In this document: positions 33,513 to 48,300 of the stretch, piece after piece
How the letters are laid out: each line of letters starts with the position of its first letter
Position numbering within the stretch: position 1 is the first letter of the stretch
NCBI GenBank assembly: GCA_964035545.1
Contig: OZ037766.1
Location: 3,958,722 to 4,022,721, forward strand
From: Bugula neritina
Taxonomy: Eukaryota; Animalia; Bryozoa
Reading direction: 5' to 3'
DNA length: 64,000 nt
The notes under the pieces: model-generated
What the model saw: only the letters and a program-made list of their open reading frames with translations
Told to the model about the DNA's origin: nothing
Database searches by the model: none
Made by a program: the position numbers and the translations under genes

Positions 33513-35584
33513 TTAGTAGTAAGGTTCCCAGCTGCTACCATCTTTAGGAGTTGTCTGTCCTGTCACCAGTAAAACAATATCCACAATCCACCACACACCA
33601 ATACCGCCTAAAGTAAGCAACTTTCCTACAGCTTCTCCTGCAGATATGAAACAAGATTTTGGAAATTAAATTCACATTTTACAGTTTGCCAAAACCTTAT
33701 ACAAAACAGAGTGGGAAATGACAGCCTAATTTATTATAAACAGAGCACATATGCAGTACGGTCACAGCAGGTATTATAGACTTATACACTTGATGCAGTA
33801 TAATACTAGTATAATAAATATACATATCTATTAATAATATAAACATTTTTACCTGTATAGCCAAGGCAAAATCTGTCAACTCCCAAAAATCCAAGTAAGA
33901 CGGAATAAATAAGTGTAGTCACGAAGTAATACCCGTTATATCTAAAACAGTGATTATGGAATATTGTTATTTAAAACTTGTTGGGATACAATAATTTGCC
34001 ATGTTAGTAAATATGACTATTTCACAGGTTCACTGACTTGATGCATGGGAATCCATCCTTGAGGAATCTTCTATTGCCATAACATTCTATTCCAGGCAGT
34101 ACATTACACCATACACTCGTGTACTCTACATTGCCATTGCTGTCTCGACCAAACTACAACAAAAGATGATTGCAGAGTCTTCAACTAACAACATATCTAT
34201 ATTCTATACCCTTTATATTAAGAACGACATTATGGAGCAGCACAATTGAAATTGATAAAGGTAATTAATTTATTCCACACCCGATATCTCTAGTTTTTGG
34301 TTAATTTTACTATTTAGCTGCTAATGTATACGAATTTTGAAATATTAAAAAAATTACAACTAAATAATCAAGGTCTTGTTTCTAATTTTGCTTGATTTTC
34401 TATGTTTTTTCTGATTTTTTTTAGCAAAAGAAGACATATTTTTGTGATGGTTTTTCATCACAGTCTATATTTATATGACGATTATGTTCCACTTCAATGT
34501 TGGAGGCCATCAGCATTTTTTGCTATGAACATTTACACTTTGCACATAAAATTACCCCATATATAGTAATTTTTCATCAATTTTGAGCTAACTTTAATTC
34601 TTAATTTGCTAATTTATTGATGTGTACTAAATCAAGTAACATGACACACAATTCTTAATATAAAATGTCTCCCAAATATTTTTCAAAAATCTGTAAGACA
34701 AATGTGCCACACAGAATTAGAGAAAGCTAGTAGATTTCAATTTTATTTTAGTGTCAACCAATGCTTACATTCACACAGCCATAGCCATCATTTTTCATAG
34801 TCAGATTCCCATCTAAAGACACCGGTTCTTCACACTCAAGAAAATCATAAGGCCTGAAATACCAATTGTAAATTTATAATATACATAAATTAATTTGTAA
34901 AACTGTGTGCTAAAGTTTAGAATCTAAGCATAATATTTGGCTCTTTACTACAAAAAAGATACTTCTCTTGCCTAAGAAAACTGATAACCAGAGTTCAGCA
35001 TTTATATGACTTTATCTGACTTTGACAAATTGCCTCTACATATAATCGGTAGGTCAGTGCTTTTATGTAAACCAAAACAGGGAACAGTACACGCTATGCA
35101 AGCAAATGATTTATTTACAGTAGCTTTAGAAATTTTTACTAAAATTGGTCAGTCATTGACTTTAAACAAAGTATTTTTTTCTAATAAGACTTGTAGTCAA
35201 ATGATGATTTAAGTATTATGGAAACATCAATTGAAATAGTGCTGCTTACAGATAAGTGCATTGCACAAGAGGTCCTTCAGGATTATATGGGCAGCCGCAA
35301 GATTCATCAAGTTCAAAGCAATCTTCTGAATCAGACACATCAGTTATGGGCATGGCTTCACTTTCAGTACCAACTTTTGGTGTAGAATCACTTGAATTCA
35401 CTTTAACTTGATTGCTGCTTGTAGTCATACTTCCATTAGCAGTAACAGAACTTTTAGCGTCATTTGAATTATTACTGTTAGTTGCATTGTGATAGCTGTT
35501 TTCAGGATTCCCCAAAATTACTTGCGGTTGAAGCAACAGAATTAAAACTAGTGTAGTCAAAGTGAAAGTTGATTTTGCAGCCAT
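33513..35584 (-). CDS. TM2D2: TM2 domain-containing protein 2
   Basis: Exons 35584-35250, 34853-34769, 34153-34038, 33941-33853, 33637-33513. Signal peptide; GPLVQC..LPYDFLEC; [60 protein letters not shown]...DGSSW. Alternative upstream ATG at 35650. Confidence 0.92.
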
Positions 35585-38147
35585 TAAAGCTAACGGCCTA
35601 GCAGAACAGTGAACACCCCATCTTTTACCTTTGATGATTTTCACTAGCATTCTGGCTTGCTTCTAGCTTTATTTTAAAATTATTAGCTGATACCAGTGTC
35701 TAATAGTAATAGTCATAGTGTTGTATCCGAACACTGAACAGTTTATATTAAGTATTTATTTTAACCAGCTTAGCCTTTTCCTAGCTTAGATTTTCAAACG
35801 GAAAAATATATTTTGATATTTAATTTTATAACAATTAGAATTATTACTATTCTAAGAAGTTAGCATCAAACATTAGCGTGTTAATATATAAACTACTTTA
35901 ACTGAAAATGTTTGCTTGACTTTTACAGCTACTGCAACACTAGGGTCTAGTACTAGCTAGTACCTAGTACAGCAATAAGAGTAATCAGAATCAGTAACTT
36001 ACAGTTACTGTTAGTGTTAGAGTATAACTATTGGTATTACTATTACTATTAGTATTAGTAAAGTTTATCAAAACTTAGTTCAGCTTTAAGTTTAACTCAA
36101 AAAATAATAATAAATTTATAATATTATTATTATTAAATATTAATATTATAATTAATATTATTATTAATAATATTATTCAAATATTAATATTAAAATTATA
36201 ATAATATTATTATTAACCCTGGTAAGAATGGCTAAAGAAGCTAGCACTTTCGAATTTGAATCAGCTAAGTAACCTCTGGGCTCTGTAAGCGTAAGTGTAA
36301 GATCCTTATAGTTACAGAGACTCAATTACTAGTTATCACTTATCAGCTATGACTTTGGTAACTTCCAAAAGTTCGGTCGATTGATGAAATAGAAAATCGC
36401 TTGAAGGAGCACAATGTTGGTGATTACTGAGCGCAGAGTATGGTGTTTGGCGGTTTGAGGTAGAACAACAATGTCTATAAAAACACTGCGTCTAATAACT
36501 TCTAACTTCGTGCTGTGTCTAGTTATTTTCAATACAATACATCAGAAAAATAGCATAAGTGCTCATCGGTATACGAATCAATTAGAGCGACAATAGTATT
36601 CTGCAATGAAACATGATAATGTGAGGCTCGATCACGATTTTTCAACGAATATACGGTTTACTTTACAGTGAACTTTGACACACACAGGTCATGTGAAGGA
36701 CGAATTAATGACGTTAGCTGAAAATTGATCAAGTGACACTCTCACTCTGACTCACATTCTCAGTGACATTTACACTCACTTTCAATCTTCTACAGCAGTG
36801 ATTTACGAAGTCTGATTTATGATAATAATTAATCTGACCTTTTGCACCTTATGCCTAAGCTAGATTTTGTTTGATTAGTAAATATGCTTGGCCTTAAGAC
36901 TAAGTACTTATCTTAATCTTTAAGTTTTTAGTTTCAGGTACTGGTAGATAGGACTAGGTCTATAGGTAGTTTAAAGTTTAAGTTTATAGTTTATGATTAT
37001 TATAATTTATTAATTATTCAACAAAAAAAAAGTGTATTTAATTTTGTTATTATAAATGTATTAATATTAGTTATAATAGTGATAAGATTAAATGTTTTAA
37101 TTTATATTAAATTTAATTTTTAAATTTAATTTTAATATTCATTATGATTATTGTAATTTTAAATTTAACATCAAATTGAATACTTATAGTTATGTTGTGC
37201 AGTTATACTGTAAGAGTTATGCTGTTATACTTATAGTTAATAATTATAATAATACTAATACTTATAGTAATAGTATTACTATTAATATTACTTGAAGTTA
37301 ATAGCTTATTAGCTACAATTAATATTATAACTTATAACAGTTATAAGTATGACTATATCAATATAAGTGTAAGTATAACAGTAAAGTATAACTATAACTA
37401 TCGCTATTAGTTAGTATAACTATAAGTATAACTATTGAATAGTAACTGTAATGATAATCACAGTGATAATGGTGTAGAACTAGAAGTATAACTATTACCA
37501 TTAGTATTACTATTAGTGTGACTATTAGATTAGATCTAGTATAGTTATAGACATAAATATTTTTATAAGCCATAAGGCTTATCATAAGGTATAACTATAA
37601 CTGTAAGTATTAGTATAACTTAAACCTTACTTGGTCATATAGATAATAAGTTATAGTTATTGTATAAACTGTAATATAAATATTATTATGTGTGTTTTAT
37701 TAATATTATTATCATTGTCAAGTTATTTCTAACAGTTTGCAAATATAGGCTTTAATATTAATTATAAAAAATAATACTGAGAAGCTTAGGTACTGTCATG
37801 CTCACAATTCTTTGGTATGATGTCTTTGATCATACTTATATTTTTATATAATTAAGTTTGAATTTATATTTTTTCTAATGACTATTTATTTACATTAATT
37901 TACCAAATATATGTGCAGTTTTTGTCTTGTTAGTAATATTTTTTTAGCTGCTCGTGTTGGTACTTATCTAAAAATGCATAAGCAGTTCCTAGAATATTTT
38001 TTTTAATACCATTAATACAATTTTTGAAAGCACAACACATTTTATGACAGTGTGATAAAATCAATGTCATGTTGCATTTATTATACTTTTTTCATGGTTA
38101 TAGTGAGATAATTATATTTAACATGTTTTAGATCAAAGCTGACCGTC

Positions 38148-41100
38148 ATGGACAACCTTGTAGACATTGACTCCTTGTTAAGTGGTTTAGAGCTAGAGTC
38201 TGAAGATAATTTACGCTCAAGCAGTCAAAAACCATCTACTAACACTGAAAGCAGTCAAAATGGCGAATATCATATGACATTAGGCCAGGTTACGGGAAAG
38301 GAAACAGCAAATAGCCTGTCCAACGGTAAGCATAGCTGTTGTTTGATTGCGGTACTTTGCATCATGTACTGATTTATTCCTTTTCTGAATTCACTATATT
38401 TTTTGAAACACATGGTATTAATTGTTGCTATCTTGATTGCTATATTCGCTTTATTTTAGGTAACTATGGTCAAAATTATAATACCGATAACGGATTGGAA
38501 AACCTTCTAGACTTTTCCATTGAACCAGATTTTGGGCCCGCCCCCAGCTCATTACGTACTGGTGATGACAGTTCTCAGCAGCGCCAGGCTAATGGCCTTT
38601 CTAAATCGAATTTTGATTTCTCTAGTCAGCCACTCTCAATGAGTAAAGATGTACCGACTCAGTCTAAGAGTTTTGTCCTCTCGAGTGAGTGTGATGACTT
38701 GCTGAACATGACCTTTGACATTACGGCCTCCAGTCAGTCTAATACTCTAAGTCCAGTGTTACCATCTCTAAGGGAGACTGGTTCACAGGACAGAGTGGCA
38801 ATGACTCCAAGCAGCGCTATGGATACTCCCGAGTTATCACCGCATTTACTTGACGTCAGTCTTGCTGTTGATGAGTCATCTGCTGCCAAGGAAAAGAGAG
38901 ATCAGAAAGTGTCGACGTTTGATGATTTCTCATCAACTGAAAAAGCTGCATCTCAGTTTTTACCTCTTACCACTGACGCCAATTTTCTGGCTGATTATAA
39001 CAATAAACAGACAGAGCTACCCAGTGACCCATATGTGGGCCATGAGCAGCCTCCAGCCTCTGTTCCAAGCAGCACGCAAAGCTTATTGAATCCTGCTTCA
39101 CACGAAATGCTTCAACCATCAGCCCCTTCGCTTTCCTCAGACCACAGTCTACCGTCAAGGCATTCGCCTTCGGGACTGCCTCCAAGATATTCAAGTGAGA
39201 ATTCATACCACTATTCACGAGCTTCTAATAATGGAGAAGCAGTTTCCAAGCAAACTGTTGAACGTAAGCCTCAGCTGTATGAGCAACCATCACATGTAGA
39301 CCATTCTCACGTGTCTGATTCACAGCTTCATCTTGTAGTACAGCCGTCTGGTGACCCCCAGGTGATACCCACGGCGGAATTTATAAGTGAACAGCCCCTG
39401 CCTCACTTAGTTGTTGGAGATCAACATGAAGAGTTGTCTGTCAATAGAAATCTAAACCTGTTGAATGGTTCAACAAGTATAGATAATTCCATCTATCAGT
39501 CATTAACTATACCCAGTTCCCGGGGTGCTCCTGAAGATGACCTTGAGAATACAAGTTCTGTCGACCAGAAGGAAAGAGATGCAGCCTCTGCCGACAGCTT
39601 TCAGTCTTACCAAGTGACTAGAGATGAAGATATATTAGCTGTAAACTCTGTACCGTATTCTAGTGAGAGTCTTATTGCCTCAGATCTCACTCATGACCGT
39701 CCAGGAGTGAGTGAGTATCAAAGTGGTGGCCTGGTCAATGCAGCAGTAGGTGAAGGGCAGATGACTCCAAGTCAGTTAGTCGCAGGCTGTAATGGTAGCA
39801 AGTCTGAAACAGATGGTCAGTTTAACTCCTCTGGTTTTGTGGGCGGAAATACTAGTTCATTCACCTCTGCAAAGTTGTCTGCTCCCAGTACGGTGCTGGC
39901 CGAGCCAAGCAGTCCTCTGCTGCTGAGTAGAACCGCTGCTCTGAATGATCTAATGTCCTCCTCTCCGACAGCCATCAACCCTCTAGTGAAGAACACGCCA
40001 GTGACGGGGTCAGTCGACAGCTTCACTCGACTGCAATACGCCGACACGCAGCAGCCCATAGACAGCTTCACTGCCCTACACAACATCAGCCTGAATCAGC
40101 AGTCACACCGAAATAGTCTGCTCGAACAGAATGGCATAATTCCTAGCTCTGAAGTTGAAGACATAGGGTGGGATATTGGGGCCACCCATACAGTGGTGGC
40201 TGAAGACATTCTTGCTGATCTGGGCTTAGAAGAACCCTCGTCTTTCCATTCTCAAGGAGGGGAACATTTTGGGGAGATTGAAGATACAGGACAGCTTCCT
40301 TATCAAACTGGAGCTACGGGCTACAGTGCGGAGAACTATGGAGCATATGTTGAACCTCCATCATTCTTAGACTACTCTGGTAGGTGACCATGCTATTATT
40401 CTCCTATGATCTACCTACTGCTAAGGTAGTGTTACTGAGCAGCCAATGATAATCATAGAGTTCATTTCAGTGCAGTGACTTTGAGTTTGCTAACCTTGTG
40501 CTGCTTTAAGCAGATTACTGCTGCCAACTGCAAGACTGATGCTCCTCCATTGTATGATTATATTATTTCTCATTATAGCAGCTTTCACTTGCTGCCCTAT
40601 TATGTAAACAAAGTAACGCAGTCTATCTAGATTTCCTTTATAAACACATAGGTGTATGTATGTTGTATAGGCAGTACGTTCTACATCTTGCATCCTAACA
40701 ATTGCCAATAATAGTAGTTCATAACTGAAATAAGATATGCACAGTTCTAATAAATGAGTACTAGTAGTACTACTAGTATTCTATGTAGTAATAACTACAA
40801 TATAGTACCTACTAGTAGTACTACTAGTAGGTACTATATTGTAGTAATAACTACAATGTAGTACCTACTAGTAGTACTACTAGTAAACTATGTAGTGATA
40901 CCTACACGATAGTACTAGTAGTACTATTAGTGAACTATGTAGTAATAACTACAATATAGTACCTACTATTAGTGAACTATGTAGTAATAACTACAAGATA
41001 GGACTACTAGTACTATCAGTAGCATGGTGCTAGCATACCAGTACTATATTGTAGTTATTTATGATATATTTAGTAACACTATCTTAGATTAAATTTTTTA

Positions 41101-42291
41101 TACTTATATTGTAATTACTGTTCACCATAGTTTCTGCCAACTCCCTTGCACCAACTGAACAAGAGGGATTGCCTAGTACTGCAGATCTTCAGGCTATGGT
41201 AGCTCAAGACGATGTGGAGTTTGAGGGCGTGGAAGATGCCCCCCACCCCACAGATGTGATGCCAGTGGATACGATACGGGCTATACATGACACCCCCCAC
41301 CCCACAGATGTGATGCCAGTAGATACTCCACAGGCTATACATGACACCCCCCACCCCACAGATGTGATGCCAGTAGATACTCCACAGGCTATACATGACA
41401 CCCCCCACCCTACAGATGTGATGCCAGTAGATACTCCACAGGCTATACATGACACCCCCCACCCTACCGACTTCGTACCACCTGATGATTCTTATCATAT
41501 GCAAACAGAACCAACATCTGAAGCAGCTTTCTCCGGTGGGCTTAACCTCATGACTCATATATAAAGGCATGACTTATATAAAACACTTGATTCTAGTTGT
41601 CAACAGAATGTAGCAAGTAGTTTCATGAGATCTTGTTACTATTGACAGATATACCACCTCCTCCATACACTGAACGGGAGATCTTGCCAACCCCTGGCAC
41701 TGAGCCAGGAAGTGCTGACAATTCTCTGCAGTCAGCTGCCCCAACAGCCGGGGCTGAAATCAGTGAGTCATGTTTCCTACTTTATCCTACAGGTGGCTGT
41801 CAGTGTGATATGCTGCCTTACGCTGTCACTGTGTTCATATACTGCGCATGTGTGTGGATGGTGCATTAGTCAGTGTGTAGTGCTGTTGTTGCCAGCACAC
41901 TGTACACGTTATAGCACTTGGAATCGTTAATCTCAAACTTCTTACTACACTCCAGCATATAACAGTACACTTGCTGTGATACTGTGAAGAATGTTCCATT
42001 CTATCTTACCCTAAATGTTTATCACATGTTTATACATATCTATTACGCATGCTTTTCTATTATTCTGTCTTTTGGCATTTGACTGATACGTGACATACAC
42101 ATCAATATACTTTTAACATGCACCAAGCTGTGAACTTGACTGTGAATTTAACTTTGTTTCAACCAGTTTTGCATTAGATACTACTTGATGGCTGTCATGA
42201 GTTGTAGTTGTAACTAATACTAACTATGAGAATAGATGACTATGTATTGTAGTTGTGTGGGTCATTTGTTGACTGTAGTAGTAACAGCAGC

Positions 42292-42328
<37 letters not shown>

Positions 42329-42335
42329 ATAGTAA

Positions 42336-42367
<32 letters not shown>

Positions 42368-45300
42368 ATAGTAGTAGTAGTAGCAGTAGTAGTACTAGTC
42401 GTAACAGCAGTAGTAGTAGCAGCAGCAGTAGTAGATCTGTAGAAAAGAGCTAAGGACATTGTAATACTAGAATGTACAATGTAGAATGTAAAAAGAACTC
42501 AGTTAGACTAGTTGGGAGAAGTTGTGTAATATTTGCTCACATTCTTGTGGCAAAGTCCTTGACATTCACAGCCTTATGGAATGTTTTCAGTAAACAGATT
42601 CACCACCTCAATAACAGCTTCAAGCTTTCAAAATAACTGGCATAACACAATATGTGATTGCCACTGATAAGTTGACAGCAAAATGTTGAACCAGAACATT
42701 TCTGTATTGTATTTAATGTAACTATACTGGTATTTACTTCTTACTGGAGTAACAACTTTATATTTAGTGGTGTTACTTGGTATTCGCTATTAATTTATCA
42801 TGTTTATATTATTTATATAACATTAATCATAATCAACAATATTTATCTCATTTCCTGTGATATTCTACACAATAGTTGAGTACCTGGATCTTGGAGCTAC
42901 GAGGCCCTACTGGGTGCCCGACTCAGAAGTGAATTCCTGTACAGCCTGCCAGTCTAAGTTTACATTTACTAGGCGCAGACATCATTGCAGAGCGTGTGGA
43001 GAGGTCAGTGGTGTTGTCATACTTTTTAGGGATACGAACAGCGTACCGCAAAATGTTTAGTAGTTGATAAAGGCAATCACAATTTTAAAAGTGTATTTGT
43101 TGTTTATTATTTATGGTATGGGTTTTGTCATCACCCCTAACTATGTGGGAGAAGCGCTTGTGGGAATATTGTACTTCAGAGTAGCTGTAGTGAATATAAA
43201 ACTGCTCTAATTAAGAAACGAGGACTCGTTGCGCCTAGACGCTATAACACAGAAAATTTTAACAGTTTATTCATTGGCCCACAGGTTTTTCGTTATAACA
43301 CAAAAAGGTCTTCTGCTGGTACCCTGATAGTTTTGCAGTAACTGCACCTCCTGGTTTTATACAAATCGTTTTATTTGAGTGTAAAGATGTTATCACTATA
43401 GTATAATATGACTGAAATAAATAAATCAAAAATTGGGAGGTTGTTGATAAAATATAAACAATGCCACATCCTATGCTATACTTTAGCATCTGTTTGCACA
43501 CATTTATCATTAACTCGCGACACTCGATTTAGCCGAGACCTGAACTTCTAAGAACTGATAGAAATACTTACAGACAATCTGTCTGTAGGTTTCGCTATAT
43601 GGTGTGTGTCATTATGACATTAGCATGCACTACCCGTACCACACATTTGCACTGATGTTTGTAGATTTTCTGTGACAACTGCTGTAACCTCAAGTCTCCT
43701 CTACAATATATGGACTTCAAGGAAGCTCGAGTGTGCAAGCAATGCCATCAAAATATTGCCCTAGGTACGATTATGGGAATTTCTTGTTTTTACCATCAAT
43801 GAATACTGTACGAGTTTTTCTATTCTGCTGGTATAACTGCTGCATGCTATTCCAGAGATTTAAATACATCATATTACAAGTGTATAACATGTTGCTGTGT
43901 TGTTTAATGCTAATATTAGGATCTTTGAGTATTTGTAATACTAATTGAATGCTGGTTTGGTTTGTTGTGCAGCTGCAAATATTAGGTGTCTTCCAGTTGG
44001 ATCATATGTATGCTAGGTAGTTATAACCTGGGACAGTAATGCAATTATGACTTTGAGTATTTGTGATAATTGCTAAGACTGTTGACTGCTGACGTAATTG
44101 TTGTGCAGCTGCAGAGCAACAGGCTAGGTTGTTCAGTTCCCAGCTACCTGAGTCAGCGCAGGAAGGAGAGCAACAGATTGGGGCTGTTGGTGGAGCACAG
44201 GCTACTTCTGAAATATCAAATACACCAACTGGAGTTCTTAAAGACACTTCCACTAACAGTGAGTAGATGTACTATGACTAACAGTGAGTAGATATACTGT
44301 GACTAACAGTGAGTAGATATACTGTGACTAACAGTGATTAGATGTACTGTGACTAACAGTGAGTAGATAGTATGACTAACAGTGGGTTGATGTACTGTGA
44401 CTAACAGTGAGTGGGTATACCATGACTAACAGTGAGTAGATGTACTGTGACTAACAGTGAGTGAATATACTATGACTATCTAGATTTACTGTCAGTTGCT
44501 TTGCTCTCTCTCAATGCATCCACTACTGACTGCTAGTATTTACTAGATACCAGAGTAGCAATTAGTATCAGCCAGTACCTGGATGTACATTAGACCTCAC
44601 AGTGTTTATATTTATTATTCTGATACTGCTATCTCACAGTGTTTATATTTATTATTCTGATACTGCTATCTGTAAAAACATCTCTCACATGTACCATTGT
44701 GCTCTATATTCATTCCACTGTAAAACATACACCAGCATTACTGGGGTAAATGTACAGTCTTGACATAGAGTTCAATGTTGTATCTATTCACTGGTAGCTA
44801 GTTTATTTGCTCAAACAGTTTCCAGTTTAGTTTAGTGTGGGTTAATTATATGTTAGACTGAGCACCAGAATGATGTGATATTCTAATGTATTTACTATGC
44901 AACTAGGAGTGGTAAGTGGTCGTGACTCCAATCGCTCTGTAATATTCTCAGACGGTATTAGACCGGGAGACGATAACTCCCATCTTGACGGTTCTGATGT
45001 CACACCTTCCTCAAGGTCAAGAAGGAAGGCTAAGAGTAAGTTGTCTTCTCTTGTCATATCAAGACTTCCTTTCTAACCATTAATTACCTGATCAGTTTTG
45101 AGTAGATACAAAAGCCTGGGAAGTGGTGGGTGTTGCTTGCTTGTTGGTACACGTATACAGGACAGAGTCATATCCGGACGTCTCTACATTATCTAGGGTT
45201 TGATGGAGTGAATTTAGGAGTTCGTACAATATTTTCTATGGTAAAAAGTAATTAGCAAAAGGAGAAACCTTTCTATCTCTTTCGAAATATTTAGTGAATG

Positions 45301-48300
45301 TTTATGTATGCAAGGCTGCGATTGGTTAGTCTGTTGACCTTGGTCTGTATGAGCTATTTGATTGGTCAATACTTTAACACGAATTTGCAGATCGACAGAA
45401 GGCTAATGTTAGACTTCGAGAGACGTTGCGTAACACATTCCTCATTCCCGACAGCACACTGCCGCCGCTGCTGTGTTACGATAACGACAGCTCTCGGTAC
45501 TCCGCAGTGGACGCTGAACCAGATGAACTGGGCTTGATAGCTAAGCTCAGGGGTAAGTGCTTATAGTTTTCAAGGTAGTTAGACATCATTGTGGTGTTGT
45601 GTCATTTCCTTTGTTCTGCAAATTTCTTCAAATTTAAAGCCGGTTTACAGTAACTACACAATAACTACACAGTAACTACACAATAACTACACAGTAACTG
45701 CACAGTAACTGCACAGTAACTGCACAGTAACTGCACAGTGACTACACATTGACTACACAGTAACTACACAGTAACTACAGAGTACATGTATATATGTATC
45801 TCTCACTCTTTTACAGAAGAGGGTGATGATGGAAGATTTGCTTTTGCAATACATAAAGATCTAAATGTAGAAGTAAAGATTGTAAATAGTAAGTGTGCTG
45901 AGAAGATAAATGCCAGTCATACTGTGTGTTCATATAGAGTAGCTGATATTGCAAGGATATGATCACATGATCACCATCTGACTATAAATAAATCTGTTGC
46001 CCAGCAGCCAACTGTACTGGGCAACATGCTAGAGCTAGTAGCTCGTCTGAATTCAAACATGTCACATATATGAAATATATTCACGTATATTGTTTGGGTT
46101 TATCTCTGCATTACGACCTCTCTTACTAAAGAGCCATATTTATTATCAAATAATTTACAACTCAATTGGCTGATAGTAAAAAGTTTAGCTTTGTCTTCTT
46201 ATTCTATCTCTACATCATAAGTTGCTATAACCTGGCGGTGGCATTGAAAGGTTTAAAGTTTTTATAAGGGATTTACTTTTCTTTTTACTGCTTCAGACTA
46301 TCATATAGCTTCAGAACTTAACTCTGTTGTTATGCAACTGGTAAGATGGGTGCTCTTGCCTATATTTCTCTACCTTAAAGAGATGTCTGAGCTGATGTGT
46401 CTGTATTTACTCTCTCTTTCTGTCTCCACTCCAGTGGACTGCTGCACTAAAAAGCAATGCTGGTGCTTCACTTCCCACGGACTAAACACCGTCTCCCAGG
46501 ATGAGGTGGTTCTGGTGCTGGATTGTCTACCAGATGAAAACTGCATACCCAGAGACGTGTTTCATCTGTACAAGATGTTGTACCAACAGGCAGCCACAGG
46601 TAAAACGGCAGCAGGTAGTCGTAGATCAGCTATTTCTGTTTTGGTATTTTTATATTTAAGCTTTTATGTATTTTGACTGAAGAGAAAACAGCTTAGAACA
46701 TTGAGCAGCTTGCTAACCCTGTTTATAGAAATAATTTATAAAAGTTGTTGAAATACAGCTAGATGCTAGAGTCTAGAATGACAGATCGGCAGGAAGTTGT
46801 GTCCCCAGCACCACTGTATCATTACTTCTGTGTAGTAACATGTCATGTAGGCTACTCTACTATCTTCTTCTCTAAGTTCAATATTTTTTAGTAAATGCCT
46901 CTAGCTTCTTTGCTTTAACCATAAAATTGTTAAGACCTATTTCACTTATATTTTAAAAAACAAACTTTATAAGATATTCAATCCAACTCTTTCTAACGAA
47001 TGACGTAACTGATTCATTATTATATTGTTTAGATTATCAATTTGATAAGATCCTCTCACTCTGTCTGTTTGTCTGCTTACAGGGCAGCAAGTTACCGAGC
47101 TGGGATTCGCTGACTTATCCAAAGTATCCCCTTTTGATGGGGAGTCGGGATTCTTAGGCAGCAAGCAGCACACTGGCCTACTATTTATAAGACCAACATT
47201 CCAATGTTTGAAGGGGCTCTGTTTGCCCGACCCGCCTTATCTTTTTGCAATCCTAATTCACGTGTCGGAGGTTCCGTGGGCTAGACTGTTTCCTGTACGA
47301 CTGAAGCTGAGATTGGGTGCTGAATTTAAATGTAAGTCGAGTAACTTTCCTCCAGTAAACACTTCAAACAAAATAGTATCGAGAGTCGCTAATTGAGAGT
47401 TGTCTTTTCACATGTTAGTAACATTCTTATTCTTTGATGCTGCTATGGTTTTATAGAAATTAAAAGTGTTTTTTTTTATTATTTTTGAACTGTACTTAAA
47501 ATCATATTGGTTTTTACTTTAAATGAAAAATTGTTTTCAATTGAAAAATTTTTAGGTGATTTCTGATACCAGTAACTCGTAGCAAGGCCATCTTTTGTTT
47601 GTACCGATAACTATCAAATGTTTTTCTACTCATAGTGATAGTAGAGATTTTAAGTTGTATGCTGATAGTTACAATAAATAGGCTGGGCCAAGGGATAGCA
47701 TAATTTGCTGCCTCGGGCATCATTCTATGAGTTGACAGATTATAAAATAATTCTTTAAAAAAGGGTGGGAGAGAGGTGCTGAAATAAAGCTTGAATTTTC
47801 TCTAACATGCTTGTATTAATTTCTGTATTGTTCAAAAGGTCTGTAACACATGTATTATTAATTTGTAGACTACCCATGTCCCCTTGTAAGTGTACGGGGC
47901 AGGCCGCCGGTCTATGGGGAGATAAATAACACTATTATGAATTTATTGGCCGACTTCCAAACGTATAAATACTCTCTCAGCAAAATAGAAGGTTTCACGG
48001 TGCATTTGATGGATAAAATAACTACCATATCTATACCTAAGAATATGTACTCCACGGTGAGTAGTAGCTATGTTCATCTATTATTATATATTATCTGGTT
48101 ATGTAATTCTACTGCACATTATTTTATGTGAAATATGTTATTTTAAGGATATTTATAGGGTATTTTATAATTGTAATTGAATTAAAAGGTAGTTGATCAT
48201 ATTATGTCTTTATGTTTCCGCTAAACTTACTGCAGAATGACTTGCCATGTGCATCATGATTGATCATGGCATTAGCTTAATACATTTACATACACTTTGT

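Noticed and set aside
42236-42459. Poly-Val, poly-Ser and poly-Thr ORFs
   Set aside because: (GTA)n microsatellite in an intron.
43795-43815. INEYCTS resembling the SARA EYCST motif
   Set aside because: Out of frame with the FYVE exon, no usable acceptor before it, and followed by a stop.
44252-44478. CRISPR-like array
   Set aside because: Units are contiguous with no unique spacers, the context is a eukaryotic intron, and there are no cas genes; the same applies to the other minisatellites.
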